Assembly: GCA_038065855.1 (NCBI GenBank)
Contig: JBBTQD010000007.1
Location: 1-55,249 of the forward strand
DNA: 55,249 bases
Source: Patescibacteria group bacterium
GTDB taxonomy: Bacteria > Patescibacteriota > Minisyncoccia > 2-02-FULL-40-12
Direction: 5' to 3'
Positions 17,964 to 26,743 of the stretch are shown in pieces. Below the pieces are notes generated by a model. That model saw nothing but the letters and a program-made list of their open reading frames with translations. It did not search any database and had not been told where the DNA came from. Made by a program: the position numbers and the translations under genes. Every line of letters begins with the position of its first letter. Position 1 is the first letter of the stretch.

Positions 17964-18743
17964 ATGACAAAATTTAATCATGGCTACCGGGACGAGTTAA
18001 GGGATAAAAGAAAAAAGCGAAAAATCAGAGTCGCTTTTTTGGTCGTTTCTTCGTTATCGTTCTTCATTATATTTGTCGTTTATGCCTTATTTTTTTCCGG
18101 CTGGTTTTCAGTAAAGGGAATTGAATTAAGCGGCAATCAAAAAGTAGGCGAAGAAGAAATTAAAAAAATAATCAAACCATTTTCAAATATTCTTTTTTCT
18201 AGCTCTCAAAAGATAGAAAATTCTCTCAAAAAAAATTTTCCGATCATCGGCCAAGCCAACGTAAGCAAAAATTTTTTCAATAAATATCTAAACGTTAGGA
18301 TAGATGAAAGGAAAACGACTGGGATATGGTGTCGAAGCGGCAATGATCGATGTTTTTATTTTGATAAAGACGGATTTTTATTCAAGCCAGCTGCCCGATT
18401 TTCAGGCGAAACATTTTTAGCCATAGAAGACGGCCGGGGTGGTGATTTTAAATTGACTGACAGTTTTGACGACAAGGAACTTTTTGAAAAAATAAATTTA
18501 ACCAAAGATATTCTGGACGAGTTAAAAATAGTCGCCTATAATAATTTTTTCCTGCCACCAGACTCGTTTGAGTTTTGGATAAAAACCAAGGATGGCTGGT
18601 ATATTTATTTGGATAAAGAAAGTAACATTCAGGCTCAGTTGGTGGTGCTTAAAAAATTTTTGGAGGAGAAGTTGTCCGTCGACCGCCGACAGAACCTTCA
18701 ATACATCGATTTGCGGGTGAATAACCGAATTTATTATAAATAA
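17964..18743 (+). CDS. ftsQ: FtsQ/DivIB-like cell division protein
   Basis: Basic N-terminus, a single TM helix, and a POTRA-like VKGIELSGNQKVGEEEI segment. Confidence 0.55.
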   Translation: MTKFNHGYRDELRDKRKKRKIRVAFLVVSSLSFFIIFVVYALFFSGWFSVKGIELSGNQKVGEEEIKKIIKPFSNILFSSSQKIENSLKKNFPIIGQANVSKNFFNKYLNVRIDERKTTGIWCRSGNDRCFYFDKDGFLFKPAARFSGETFLAIEDGRGGDFKLTDSFDDKELFEKINLTKDILDELKIVAYNNFFLPPDSFEFWIKTKDGWYIYLDKESNIQAQLVVLKKFLEEKLSVDRRQNLQYIDLRVNNRIYYK

Positions 18744-18744
18744 C

Positions 18745-19551
18745 ATGATTTTGTTTTTTCAAGAATTATTACTTTTTGCGGCTACCCAATTGATTGGGAT
18801 TTTTGTAGTTTTAAAAGGCCAAACTTTAATTAAAGAACAAATTATTGTTGATTTTAGCGTTGGCGAGGTAGTTTTTTCCCTGATTTTCTTAGCTGTTTTC
18901 ATCTATTTCGCTAGAAACTTCCGCAAATCAGCCTTCTTTTTTAGATTGATTCTTAGCCTCGCCATTTTTTCCGGCAGCCAGACTGTTTTTTCTCTAATTT
19001 CAAATGAATCGGTTTTTTCTACTTTTGCCGCTGTCTTGCTTGCTTTCGGGGTTTTAAAAGCAAAAATCGTCCTGCTTCACAATATCGGAATTGTCCTGGC
19101 TTTGGCCGGCATTGGCGCCGTTTTAGGGATGTCGTTTGCGCCTTTGCCAGTTATTATTTTACTGTTGGTTTTATCTTTTTACGACATTGTCGCCGTTTAT
19201 AAAACTGGCCACATGGTTAAGATGGCTGAAGATATGATTAAATCAAAAGCCATTTTCGGCTTTGTTATTCCTCAAAAACTTCAGGGCTGGAAAGAAAATC
19301 TTAAAAATGTCAGGCCCGGTGAAGAATTTATGATTTTAGGTTCAGGCGATATAGTGATGCCGCTTCTTTTGATTGCTTCGGTTATTGGTTTTCATGGCTT
19401 GGCTCATGGATTGGTTGTTTTTCTATTTTCTATATTTGGCCTTTTTTTGACTTATTATCTTTTTATTATCCAGAAAACCCGGCGGCCGATGGCGGCTCTG
19501 CCGCCGATTGCAGTAATGTCGATAATCGGATATTTGATTTCTTTGATTTAA
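18745..19551 (+). CDS. presenilin / signal-peptide-peptidase-like intramembrane aspartyl protease (A22-like)
   Basis: Polytopic membrane protein with, in canonical order: LSFYDIVAVY (YD motif), ILGSGDIVMP (GxGD motif) and a C-terminal AALPPIA (PAL-like). Confidence 0.6.
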   Translation: MILFFQELLLFAATQLIGIFVVLKGQTLIKEQIIVDFSVGEVVFSLIFLAVFIYFARNFRKSAFFFRLILSLAIFSGSQTVFSLISNESVFSTFAAVLLAFGVLKAKIVLLHNIGIVLALAGIGAVLGMSFAPLPVIILLLVLSFYDIVAVYKTGHMVKMAEDMIKSKAIFGFVIPQKLQGWKENLKNVRPGEEFMILGSGDIVMPLLLIASVIGFHGLAHGLVVFLFSIFGLFLTYYLFIIQKTRRPMAALPPIAVMSIIGYLISLI

Positions 19552-19573
19552 GTATTGCTATTGATTACGAATA

Positions 19574-19602
19574 TTGATTATATGGACATGAATCCATATA
19601 AT
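19574..19602 (+). promoter_or_regulatory. sigma70-like promoter overlapping a 22-nt palindromic motif
   Basis: TTGATT (19574-19579), 17-nt spacer, TATAAT (19597-19602), only 8 nt before the ATG at 19611. The spacer contains TATATGGA-CATGAA-TCCATATA. Confidence 0.45.
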
Positions 19603-19610
19603 TAAGAATA

Positions 19611-20195
19611 ATGAAATATAAATTTGCCGTTTCCGGAGCAGCTGATCAGGGTTTTTGTGAAATAGATACTCCTCAAAAAGCTGAAGAAGTTGGTCGGGAA
19701 ATAATCCGCCAAGGCGGAATACTGATTACTGGCGCCACTACCGGTATTCCTGAATTTTCAGCCAAGGGAGCAAAAGAGGAGGGCGGTATCGTCATTGGTA
19801 TGAGTCCGGCCGCCTCTTTTCAGCACCACCTGAAAACTTATAAACTTCCGACTCAATATTATGATACCATCATTTTTACTGGATTTGATTATTCAGGAAG
19901 AAATTTATTATTGACAAAGTCTGCCGACGCCGTTATCGTAATATGTGGTGGCTTTGGAACTTTGAATGAATTTACAATTGCTTTGGAAGATAATAAACCA
20001 ATCGGAGTCTTAACCGGCACTGGCGGTACAGCCGAAGAGATTTCTAATCTTTTGATTAACATTAAAGATCCTCATCGGCACGGCGCCGGCAAGGTGGTTT
20101 TTTCCAATGAACCAAAAGAACTGGTAGCTAAGCTTATAAAATTAATTGCCGAGGGGCAAAAAGAATTAAAAATTTCCCCGCCAATAGGGGAATAG
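19611..20195 (+). CDS. TIGR00725 / LOG-like Rossmann-fold protein
   Basis: ITGATTGIP and ICGGFGTLNEF (PGGxGTxxE-like) motifs. Confidence 0.55.
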   Translation: MKYKFAVSGAADQGFCEIDTPQKAEEVGREIIRQGGILITGATTGIPEFSAKGAKEEGGIVIGMSPAASFQHHLKTYKLPTQYYDTIIFTGFDYSGRNLLLTKSADAVIVICGGFGTLNEFTIALEDNKPIGVLTGTGGTAEEISNLLINIKDPHRHGAGKVVFSNEPKELVAKLIKLIAEGQKELKISPPIGE

Positions 20196-20225
20196 GTCGT
20201 TTTCTCACTTTAAACAAATTAAATT

Positions 20226-20486
20226 ATGAACAACGAGGAAAAACTTGTTGGAAAAATAACCCATTATTATAATGGCATCGGCGTCGGAATAGTCGAGTTG
20301 TCGAATGAGCTGAAAAAGGATGATACCATCCATGTAAAGGGCAAGAGCGTCGATTTTGAACAAATGGTTGATTCAATGCAAATTGAGCATGACCAGATTG
20401 ATCAGGCCGGAAAAGGCGATGTGGTTGGAATAAAAGTGAAGGAGAAAGTGAAAGAAGGCGACGAAGTATATTTAAGTAATAAATAA
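20226..20486 (+). CDS. small beta-barrel protein (EF-Tu domain-2-like), function unknown
   Basis: 86 aa. The GKGDVVGIKV ... EGDEVY pattern resembles the translation-factor domain II fold. Weak assignment. Confidence 0.3.
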   Translation: MNNEEKLVGKITHYYNGIGVGIVELSNELKKDDTIHVKGKSVDFEQMVDSMQIEHDQIDQAGKGDVVGIKVKEKVKEGDEVYLSNK

Positions 20487-20504
20487 AAAGTAATAAATAA
20501 AAAA

Positions 20505-22922
20505 ATGGCGGAATTTAAAGCTAATAATTTTTCTGTTAAAGAGGAGCTTCCGGTAATCGCTTTGCGGGAAGTAGTTTTACTTCCTACTTTAATCGTCCCT
20601 TTGCCCCTTTTAATCGGCCGGCCCAAAACCATGGCCGCTTTGGATAAAGCCATGTCTGAAGATAAGCTGGCTGTCTTCATAGCCCAGAAAAACCACTCCG
20701 AAGAAATTATTCCGGAAAATCTTTACTCCGTCGGCACTCTTGGCAGGATAAACATGATTATGAAAACGAGCGGCGGGACAGCCAGAGTGGAAGTGGAAGG
20801 CATTAAAAGAGTCAGAATTTTAAACTATTCCAAAACCGAGCCTTATCTTTCAGTTAAAATAGAGCCTTTAACTCTTGAAACTAATGGAGGAGTTGAAGCC
20901 GAAGCTTTAATCAGGTCAATTTTAGAAAATTTCGCTAAAATTTCGGAAGTCATAAGGCCTCTTCCCCAGGATTTTTTTAACCTAATCCAAAACATAAAAG
21001 ATCATGAACAGGTTCTTTATATTCTTGTTTCTCAACTTTCCATACTGGGCTATCTTAATACTGCCGACCAGCAGAAAATACTAGAAACGGTTGACATAAG
21101 AGAACCCCTTAAGGAAATCAATAAAAGGCTTCTTAAAGAAGTTGAGATTTTAGAAACGGAGAAGAAATTAGCTAAAGAAACCAGAAAGCAGCTTGGCAAA
21201 ATGCAAAAGGAGGTTTATCTCCGGGAGCAGCTTCGGAGCATTGAAAAAGAATTAGGGCTTTCCGGTGAAAAAACCGAATTTGAAACGCTCCGTAAAAAAA
21301 TAAAAGACGCGAAAATGCCTAAAGAAGTGGAGGCTAAGGCATCTAAAGAGCTTGAGAGAATGGAAAAAATGCCGTCTTTCAGCCCCGAGGTTTCTTACAT
21401 CAGGACTTATCTTGACTGGCTGGTTGAATTGCCCTGGTCAGATTCGACTAAAAGCAAAATAGATATCAAAAGGGCTTTCCAGATTCTGGAAGAGGATCAT
21501 CACGGCCTTGAAAAAGCCAAGGAGAGGATTTTGGAATATCTGGCTGTTCAAAAACAAGTCGGCAAAATCAAGGGTCCGATTCTTTGTTTTATTGGTCCGC
21601 CCGGGACCGGAAAAACTTCAATCGGCCAGTCTATTGCAAAGTCTTTAGGCCGGAAGTTTTTGAGGATTTCTTTGGGCGGGGTAAGAGATGAGGCCGAGAT
21701 AAGGGGCCACCGCCGGACTTATGTCGGCGCTTTACCTGGCCGGATTATTCAAGGCATCCATACTGTTAAAGTAAATAATCCGGTTTTCATGCTGGATGAA
21801 ATAGACAAGATTGGTTACGATTTCAGAGGCGATCCGTCGGCCGCTCTTTTAGAGGCGCTTGATCCCCAGCAGAATCATTCTTTTTCTGATCATTATCTGG
21901 AGGTGCCCTTTGATTTGTCTAATGTTTTATTCATCACTACGGCTAATGTTTTAGACACTATTCCGCCGGCCTTAAGGGACAGACTTGAAATAATAGAATT
22001 TCCTGGTTATACCGAGCATGAAAAATTCCACATCGCTGAGGGATTTTTGATTCCCAGGCTTCTTAAAGAGCATGGGGTTGAAAAAATAATCAATTTTACC
22101 GGTCCGGCAGTTAAAGAAGTAATCGCTAAATATACCCGCGAAGCCGGAGTAAGGGATTTGGAAAGGCAATTAGCCAAAGTGATCAGGAAAAATGTTAGAA
22201 ATATAGTTGAAAACAGTAGGAAAGCCGGGAAAATTTCGATTGAGCTTACTTCATTGAGGAAATTTTTGGGTCCGGAAAGGTATACTTCCCAATTGGCCGA
22301 AAAAAGAGACGAAATTGGAGTAGCCACAGGGTTGGCCTGGACTTCGGTCGGCGGGGAAGTTTTGGCGGTTGAAGTGACCAAAATGCCTGGTAAAGGGAAG
22401 CTGGAATTAACTGGCCATTTAGGCAACGTGATGAAGGAGTCGGCTAAGACGGCTTTGTCTTTTTCCCGGGCTTACACTTCATCAAACACTTCAAGTCCAG
22501 CAAAAGATTTTTACAATTATGACATTCATATCCATGTTCCTTCAGGCGCCATTCCTAAAGACGGCCCCTCGGCCGGAGTAACTATTTCCACTGCTTTGGT
22601 TTCGCTTTTTACTAGAGTCAAAGTCAGAAAAGACGTAGCTATGACCGGAGAGGTGACTTTAAGAGGTAAGGTTCTTGAAATCGGCGGAATTAAAGAGAAA
22701 GTTCTAGCTGCCCACCGGGCTGGCATAAAAAATATAATTCTGCCCAAAGACAACGAGAAAGATCTTGATGATGTGCCCAAAGAAATCAAAAAAGAAGTGG
22801 ACTTTATTTTTGTCGAGCACATGGACGATGTCTTGAAAGCGGCTTTAAGATGGCCTAAAGATTCCAAAGAGCAAAAAATTCAACCCCGAAGTTTAATTGC
22901 CCAAAGGACTTATATTTCATGA
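20505..22922 (+). CDS. lon: ATP-dependent Lon protease
   Basis: LON N-domain, Walker A GPPGTGKTS, Walker B FMLDEIDK, and protease Ser motif PKDGPSAGV with downstream Lys. Confidence 0.9.
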   Translation: MAEFKANNFSVKEELPVIALREVVLLPTLIVPLPLLIGRPKTMAALDKAMSEDKLAVFIAQKNHSEEIIPENLYSVGTLGRINMIMKTSGGTARVEVEGIKRVRILNYSKTEPYLSVKIEPLTLETNGGVEAEALIRSILENFAKISEVIRPLPQDFFNLIQNIKDHEQVLYILVSQLSILGYLNTADQQKILETVDIREPLKEINKRLLKEVEILETEKKLAKETRKQLGKMQKEVYLREQLRSIEKELGLSGEKTEFETLRKKIKDAKMPKEVEAKASKELERMEKMPSFSPEVSYIRTYLDWLVELPWSDSTKSKIDIKRAFQILEEDHHGLEKAKERILEYLAVQKQVGKIKGPILCFIGPPGTGKTSIGQSIAKSLGRKFLRISLGGVRDEAEIRGHRRTYVGALPGRIIQGIHTVKVNNPVFMLDEIDKIGYDFRGDPSAALLEALDPQQNHSFSDHYLEVPFDLSNVLFITTANVLDTIPPALRDRLEIIEFPGYTEHEKFHIAEGFLIPRLLKEHGVEKIINFTGPAVKEVIAKYTREAGVRDLERQLAKVIRKNVRNIVENSRKAGKISIELTSLRKFLGPERYTSQLAEKRDEIGVATGLAWTSVGGEVLAVEVTKMPGKGKLELTGHLGNVMKESAKTALSFSRAYTSSNTSSPAKDFYNYDIHIHVPSGAIPKDGPSAGVTISTALVSLFTRVKVRKDVAMTGEVTLRGKVLEIGGIKEKVLAAHRAGIKNIILPKDNEKDLDDVPKEIKKEVDFIFVEHMDDVLKAALRWPKDSKEQKIQPRSLIAQRTYIS

Positions 22923-23116
22923 ATTCCGATTTTATAGTTTTTCCGTCATCAAAATCTTTATTGGCTGTCGGCCTTATTTCGGCCATTTTGGCACCGATCG
23001 TAGGAGTAATTTTGGGACTTTATTTTTTGAAAAGGCCCCAGTTGGTTAAAGAAGGGAGAAGTATTCTTCTGGTCGTAGCATTGTGGCTGGCCGTTATTTT
23101 TACAGTTGCTTTTTAA
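22919..23116 (+). CDS. small two-TM membrane protein, hypothetical
   Basis: ATGA overlap with the lon stop. Two hydrophobic helices. No known motifs. Confidence 0.3.
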   Translation: MNSDFIVFPSSKSLLAVGLISAILAPIVGVILGLYFLKRPQLVKEGRSILLVVALWLAVIFTVAF

Positions 23117-24254
23117 AAAGGGCAGAAAAGATTTTTTATACGCTAGTTCAATTTTAATCGGGACGATTGTCGGAGTCGGTATTTTTGGAATTCCATTTTC
23201 ATTCGCCAAGGCCGGTTTTTTGGCCGGTTTTTTATTTTTGGTTTTTGTTGGCGCAGTCAGTTTGATAATAAATCTGATTTTCGGCGAAGTGGTTTTGAGG
23301 ACCAAAGAATTGCATCAATTCACCGGTTACACCAAAATTTATTTAGGCCAAGGAGTAAAAAAAATGGCCGCTTTCGCCTGGTTTGCCGGCATTTACGGGG
23401 CCCTGCTAGCCTACATAATAATAAGCGGAAGTTTTCTTTTTAATATCTTCGTTTCTTGGTTTTACACCGCCCCGGCTTTTTACAGCACTTTATTTTTTAT
23501 TTTTGTTTCTTTGGCTGTTTTAGCCGGTTTGAGGGCGGTAGCCTGGTTTGAATTTTTTATGGTTGCTTTTTTTACGGTTATCGTTTTTTTGATTTTCATT
23601 TTTGGGATTCCTAAAATTGATTTATCTAATTTAGCCATGCTTTCCACTAGCGAATTTTGGTTTTTGCCTTACGGCATCCTGCTTTTCGCCTATGCCGGTT
23701 TTAGTGCTATTCCGCTCCAGCGCGAGCTTTTAAAAGACCACCCCGGTATTTTGAAAAAATCAATTTTATGGGGCAGTCTGATTCCGGCGCTTCTTTATTT
23801 CGTTTTTACTTTAGCGGTGGTCGGCATTTCCGGAGAAACCACTTCGCCCGACGTGGTCAGTGGGTTGGCCGAATTTCTGGACTACCGAATTATTTTCCTT
23901 ATTTCTTTTTTCGGTCTTTTAACCATCACTACTTCTTTTATGGCTTTGGCCTCAGTTTTAATCGAAACATTCCGACTTGATTACGGATTTAAAAAATTTA
24001 AAGCCTGGGCTCTGGCCGTTTTTATCCCTTTTATTTTATTTTGGTTCGGAGTCAGGAATTTTATTGAAGTGATTTCTTTAGCTGGTTCGGTGGCCATCGG
24101 AATTGAAGGGGTAGTCTTGGTTTTTATGTATAAGGCGGCAAAAAAAGGGGGGAACCGCGAGCCGGAATATTCATTAAATCTGCCAGCATGGATTTTAAAC
24201 GGAATAATGATTTTGTTTGCCCTGGGTGCAGCTTATGCTATTTTTTTTGAGTAG
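23106..24254 (+). CDS. amino acid permease-like transporter (about 11 TM)
   Basis: N-terminus SSILIGTIVGVGIFGIPFSFAKAG is typical of amino-acid/aromatic amino-acid permease families. Hydrophobic throughout. Confidence 0.5.
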   Translation: MLFKKGRKDFLYASSILIGTIVGVGIFGIPFSFAKAGFLAGFLFLVFVGAVSLIINLIFGEVVLRTKELHQFTGYTKIYLGQGVKKMAAFAWFAGIYGALLAYIIISGSFLFNIFVSWFYTAPAFYSTLFFIFVSLAVLAGLRAVAWFEFFMVAFFTVIVFLIFIFGIPKIDLSNLAMLSTSEFWFLPYGILLFAYAGFSAIPLQRELLKDHPGILKKSILWGSLIPALLYFVFTLAVVGISGETTSPDVVSGLAEFLDYRIIFLISFFGLLTITTSFMALASVLIETFRLDYGFKKFKAWALAVFIPFILFWFGVRNFIEVISLAGSVAIGIEGVVLVFMYKAAKKGGNREPEYSLNLPAWILNGIMILFALGAAYAIFFE

Positions 24255-24328
24255 TAAAAACTATAATTACTCTGCCATTTATGCTATATGGATAATACAT
24301 CCATTATAATAAAAAACTTGACTCCATT

Positions 24329-25645
24329 ATGATTACTAAAAAATCCATATTTTTATTGTCTTTTATTTTTTTATTTTTAATTTTTAATTTTACTTTAGCC
24401 GATGTCCAACAGGAAATCTCTGATAGAGAGCGCCAGATTCAGGAATTGGAAAGACAGAAAACGGAATATGAAAATCAGATAGTTGAAAAACAGGGTGCGG
24501 CCAGAACGCTCCAAAACGAAATTTTCATTTTTGACACCCAAATCAAACAGCTTCAGCTTGAAATAAGAACTCTTGATTTAGCTATTCAAAAAACCGGACT
24601 AGAAATAGATGAAACGATAAAAAGTATAGATGAAGCTCTTTCTAAAATAGAAAAAATAAAAAGAAGCCTGATTCAATTCATTAGGCTGGTTCATCAAAGC
24701 GACCAGGAAAATTTACTTGAAATTTTACTTAAAAACCGGGGCCTTTCCGATTTTTTCGGGAATCTTGAAAGCATCAAGGATTCTCAAGAAAAAGCCCAAG
24801 TTACCATTAAAGATTTAAAGCAGTTGAAAACGGAACTTGAGCAGAAGCAAGAAGATTTAGAAGAGAGACAGAGCGAACAGGTTGACCTGAAAAATATCCA
24901 GGAAATCCAAAAGCGGGAAGTTGATTCAAGAAAAAAAGAGAAAGACGATATTCTTAAAGTAACCAAGGGAGAGGAAAAAAAATTCCAGCAGCTGGTCAAA
25001 CAGACTAATCAGGATATTGAAAAAATAAGAAGCCAGGTCAGATTTTTACTTGAGCAGGGGATTACCTTAGAAGAAGCTTTAAAATTCGGTCAGCTCGCGG
25101 CGATAAGAGTTGGTATCAGGCCGGCGTTTTTATTGGCCATTTTAGATGTTGAATCCGGACTTGGCCGCAATGTCGGTACCGGCAACTGGCTTAATGATAT
25201 GTATAATTGCTATAAAAGATTAGGCAAGCCGACTCGGGCCGAAACTGAAAAAAACGCTTTTTTTGCAGTGATAGAAAAACTTGGATTAAGTGCTGACTCA
25301 GTCAAAGTTTCAAGGGCGCCGAATTATGGCTGTGGCGGAGCGCTCGGGCCAGCCCAGTTTATTCCTTCGACCTGGCTTATTTACGAAACCGAAGTTGCAA
25401 GACTTACCGGCCATAACCCGCCTAATCCCTGGAGTATTGAAGATGCTTTTATGGCTGCGGCGGTTTATTTGGCTAATTCCGGAGCTACTAGTCAAAATCA
25501 AACAGCCGAAATAAAAGCGGCCAATGCCTATTTGAGTGGAAAAGCGAATTGCCGTCAGAGCATTTGCCGGTATTATTCAAACCTTGTCTTACAGAAAGCG
25601 GCCAAGATAGAAAAAGAATTGCCAAAACAAGTGACAAACAATTAA
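24329..25645 (+). CDS. coiled-coil protein with C-terminal lytic transglycosylase-like (SLT_2/MltB-like) domain
   Basis: Signal/TM segment, about 230 aa of heptad-rich coiled coil, then ILDVESGLG (candidate catalytic Glu), GPAQFIPSTW and AAAVYLA motifs. Confidence 0.6.
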   Translation: MITKKSIFLLSFIFLFLIFNFTLADVQQEISDRERQIQELERQKTEYENQIVEKQGAARTLQNEIFIFDTQIKQLQLEIRTLDLAIQKTGLEIDETIKSIDEALSKIEKIKRSLIQFIRLVHQSDQENLLEILLKNRGLSDFFGNLESIKDSQEKAQVTIKDLKQLKTELEQKQEDLEERQSEQVDLKNIQEIQKREVDSRKKEKDDILKVTKGEEKKFQQLVKQTNQDIEKIRSQVRFLLEQGITLEEALKFGQLAAIRVGIRPAFLLAILDVESGLGRNVGTGNWLNDMYNCYKRLGKPTRAETEKNAFFAVIEKLGLSADSVKVSRAPNYGCGGALGPAQFIPSTWLIYETEVARLTGHNPPNPWSIEDAFMAAAVYLANSGATSQNQTAEIKAANAYLSGKANCRQSICRYYSNLVLQKAAKIEKELPKQVTNN

Positions 25646-25657
25646 TATAAGCTGATT

Positions 25658-26743
25658 ATGTCGAAAAAAAACGAAAAGAAAACAATTTTCGTAGCGATGT
25701 CAGGCGGAGTTGATTCTTCGGTGGCCGCGGCTTTGATGAAAAAACAAGGTTATAATGTAACTGGTGTTTTTATGCGTCCATGGCAGCCTATCTCTCAAGG
25801 TCGAACCTTAGATGAGCTTAATGATTCAACTTTAGACTACTGTCTTTGGCGGCAGGATCGCGAAGATGCTTTGCGAGTGGCGGCGAAACTTGACATTCCG
25901 CTTTTGACTTGGGATTTTTCAAAAGAATACAGAAAATACGTGGCCGATTATATGATTAGAGGCTATCAACGGGGAATCACGCCTAATCCCGACGTGATGT
26001 GCAATAAATTCATTAAATTTGGCGTGTTTTTGGACAAAGCTCTGGAATTAGGAGCTGATTATATTGCAACTGGTCATTATGTCAGGAAAGTTAATAATAA
26101 ATTATTTAAAGCCAGAGACTTAAATAAAGACCAATCTTATTTTTTATACACTCTTACTCAAAAGCAGTTGAAGTATTGCCTTTTTCCGATAGGAAATTGG
26201 AATAAAAACGAAGTGAGGCAAATGGCTAAAAAGTCCGGCCTGTCTAATTGGGCTAAGCCAGATAGTCAAGGAGTTTGTTTTGTCGGTTCGCTTAAAGTCA
26301 GCGAATTTTTGAAAAAATGGATTGAGCCATTAAAAGGTTCGGTTTTGAGAAAAAGCGATGAAAAGATTTTAGGAGAGCACGATGGCGCTTGGCTTTATAC
26401 TATCGGCCAGAGGCATGGGTTGAATTTAAGCGCTGGGAAACCGTACTATGTCGTAGATAAAGATTTTAAAAATAACGTTTTATATGTTGAGGAAAGGCTA
26501 GAAATAAAGAATCAGGAATTAGGAATTATGGATTTTAATTGGATAAATCAAAAAGAAAAACTGCCGCTGGATTGCAAGGTGAAAACAAGATATCGGCAAA
26601 AAGACCTGAATTGCGCCATTGTTAAAAATGATTTTGATAAAGCTTTGGTTAAAATAAAAGAAAATAATACGCCGGTTGCACCGGGGCAATCAGCTGTTTT
26701 TTATAAAGGCAACGAATTATTAGGCGGCGGGATTATTCTTTAA
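25658..26743 (+). CDS. mnmA: tRNA-specific 2-thiouridylase
   Basis: PP-loop VAMSGGVDSSVAA, then NPDVMCN and DQSYFL motifs. Confidence 0.9.
   Translation: MSKKNEKKTIFVAMSGGVDSSVAAALMKKQGYNVTGVFMRPWQPISQGRTLDELNDSTLDYCLWRQDREDALRVAAKLDIPLLTWDFSKEYRKYVADYMIRGYQRGITPNPDVMCNKFIKFGVFLDKALELGADYIATGHYVRKVNNKLFKARDLNKDQSYFLYTLTQKQLKYCLFPIGNWNKNEVRQMAKKSGLSNWAKPDSQGVCFVGSLKVSEFLKKWIEPLKGSVLRKSDEKILGEHDGAWLYTIGQRHGLNLSAGKPYYVVDKDFKNNVLYVEERLEIKNQELGIMDFNWINQKEKLPLDCKVKTRYRQKDLNCAIVKNDFDKALVKIKENNTPVAPGQSAVFYKGNELLGGGIIL

Noticed and set aside
22919-24254. A possible frameshifted single gene made of the 65-aa ORF plus the permease.
   Set aside because: The permease N-terminus (KKGRKDFLYASSILIGTIVGVGIFG) is a complete, typical start for this transporter family. 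The small ORF is coupled to lon by an ATGA overlap instead.
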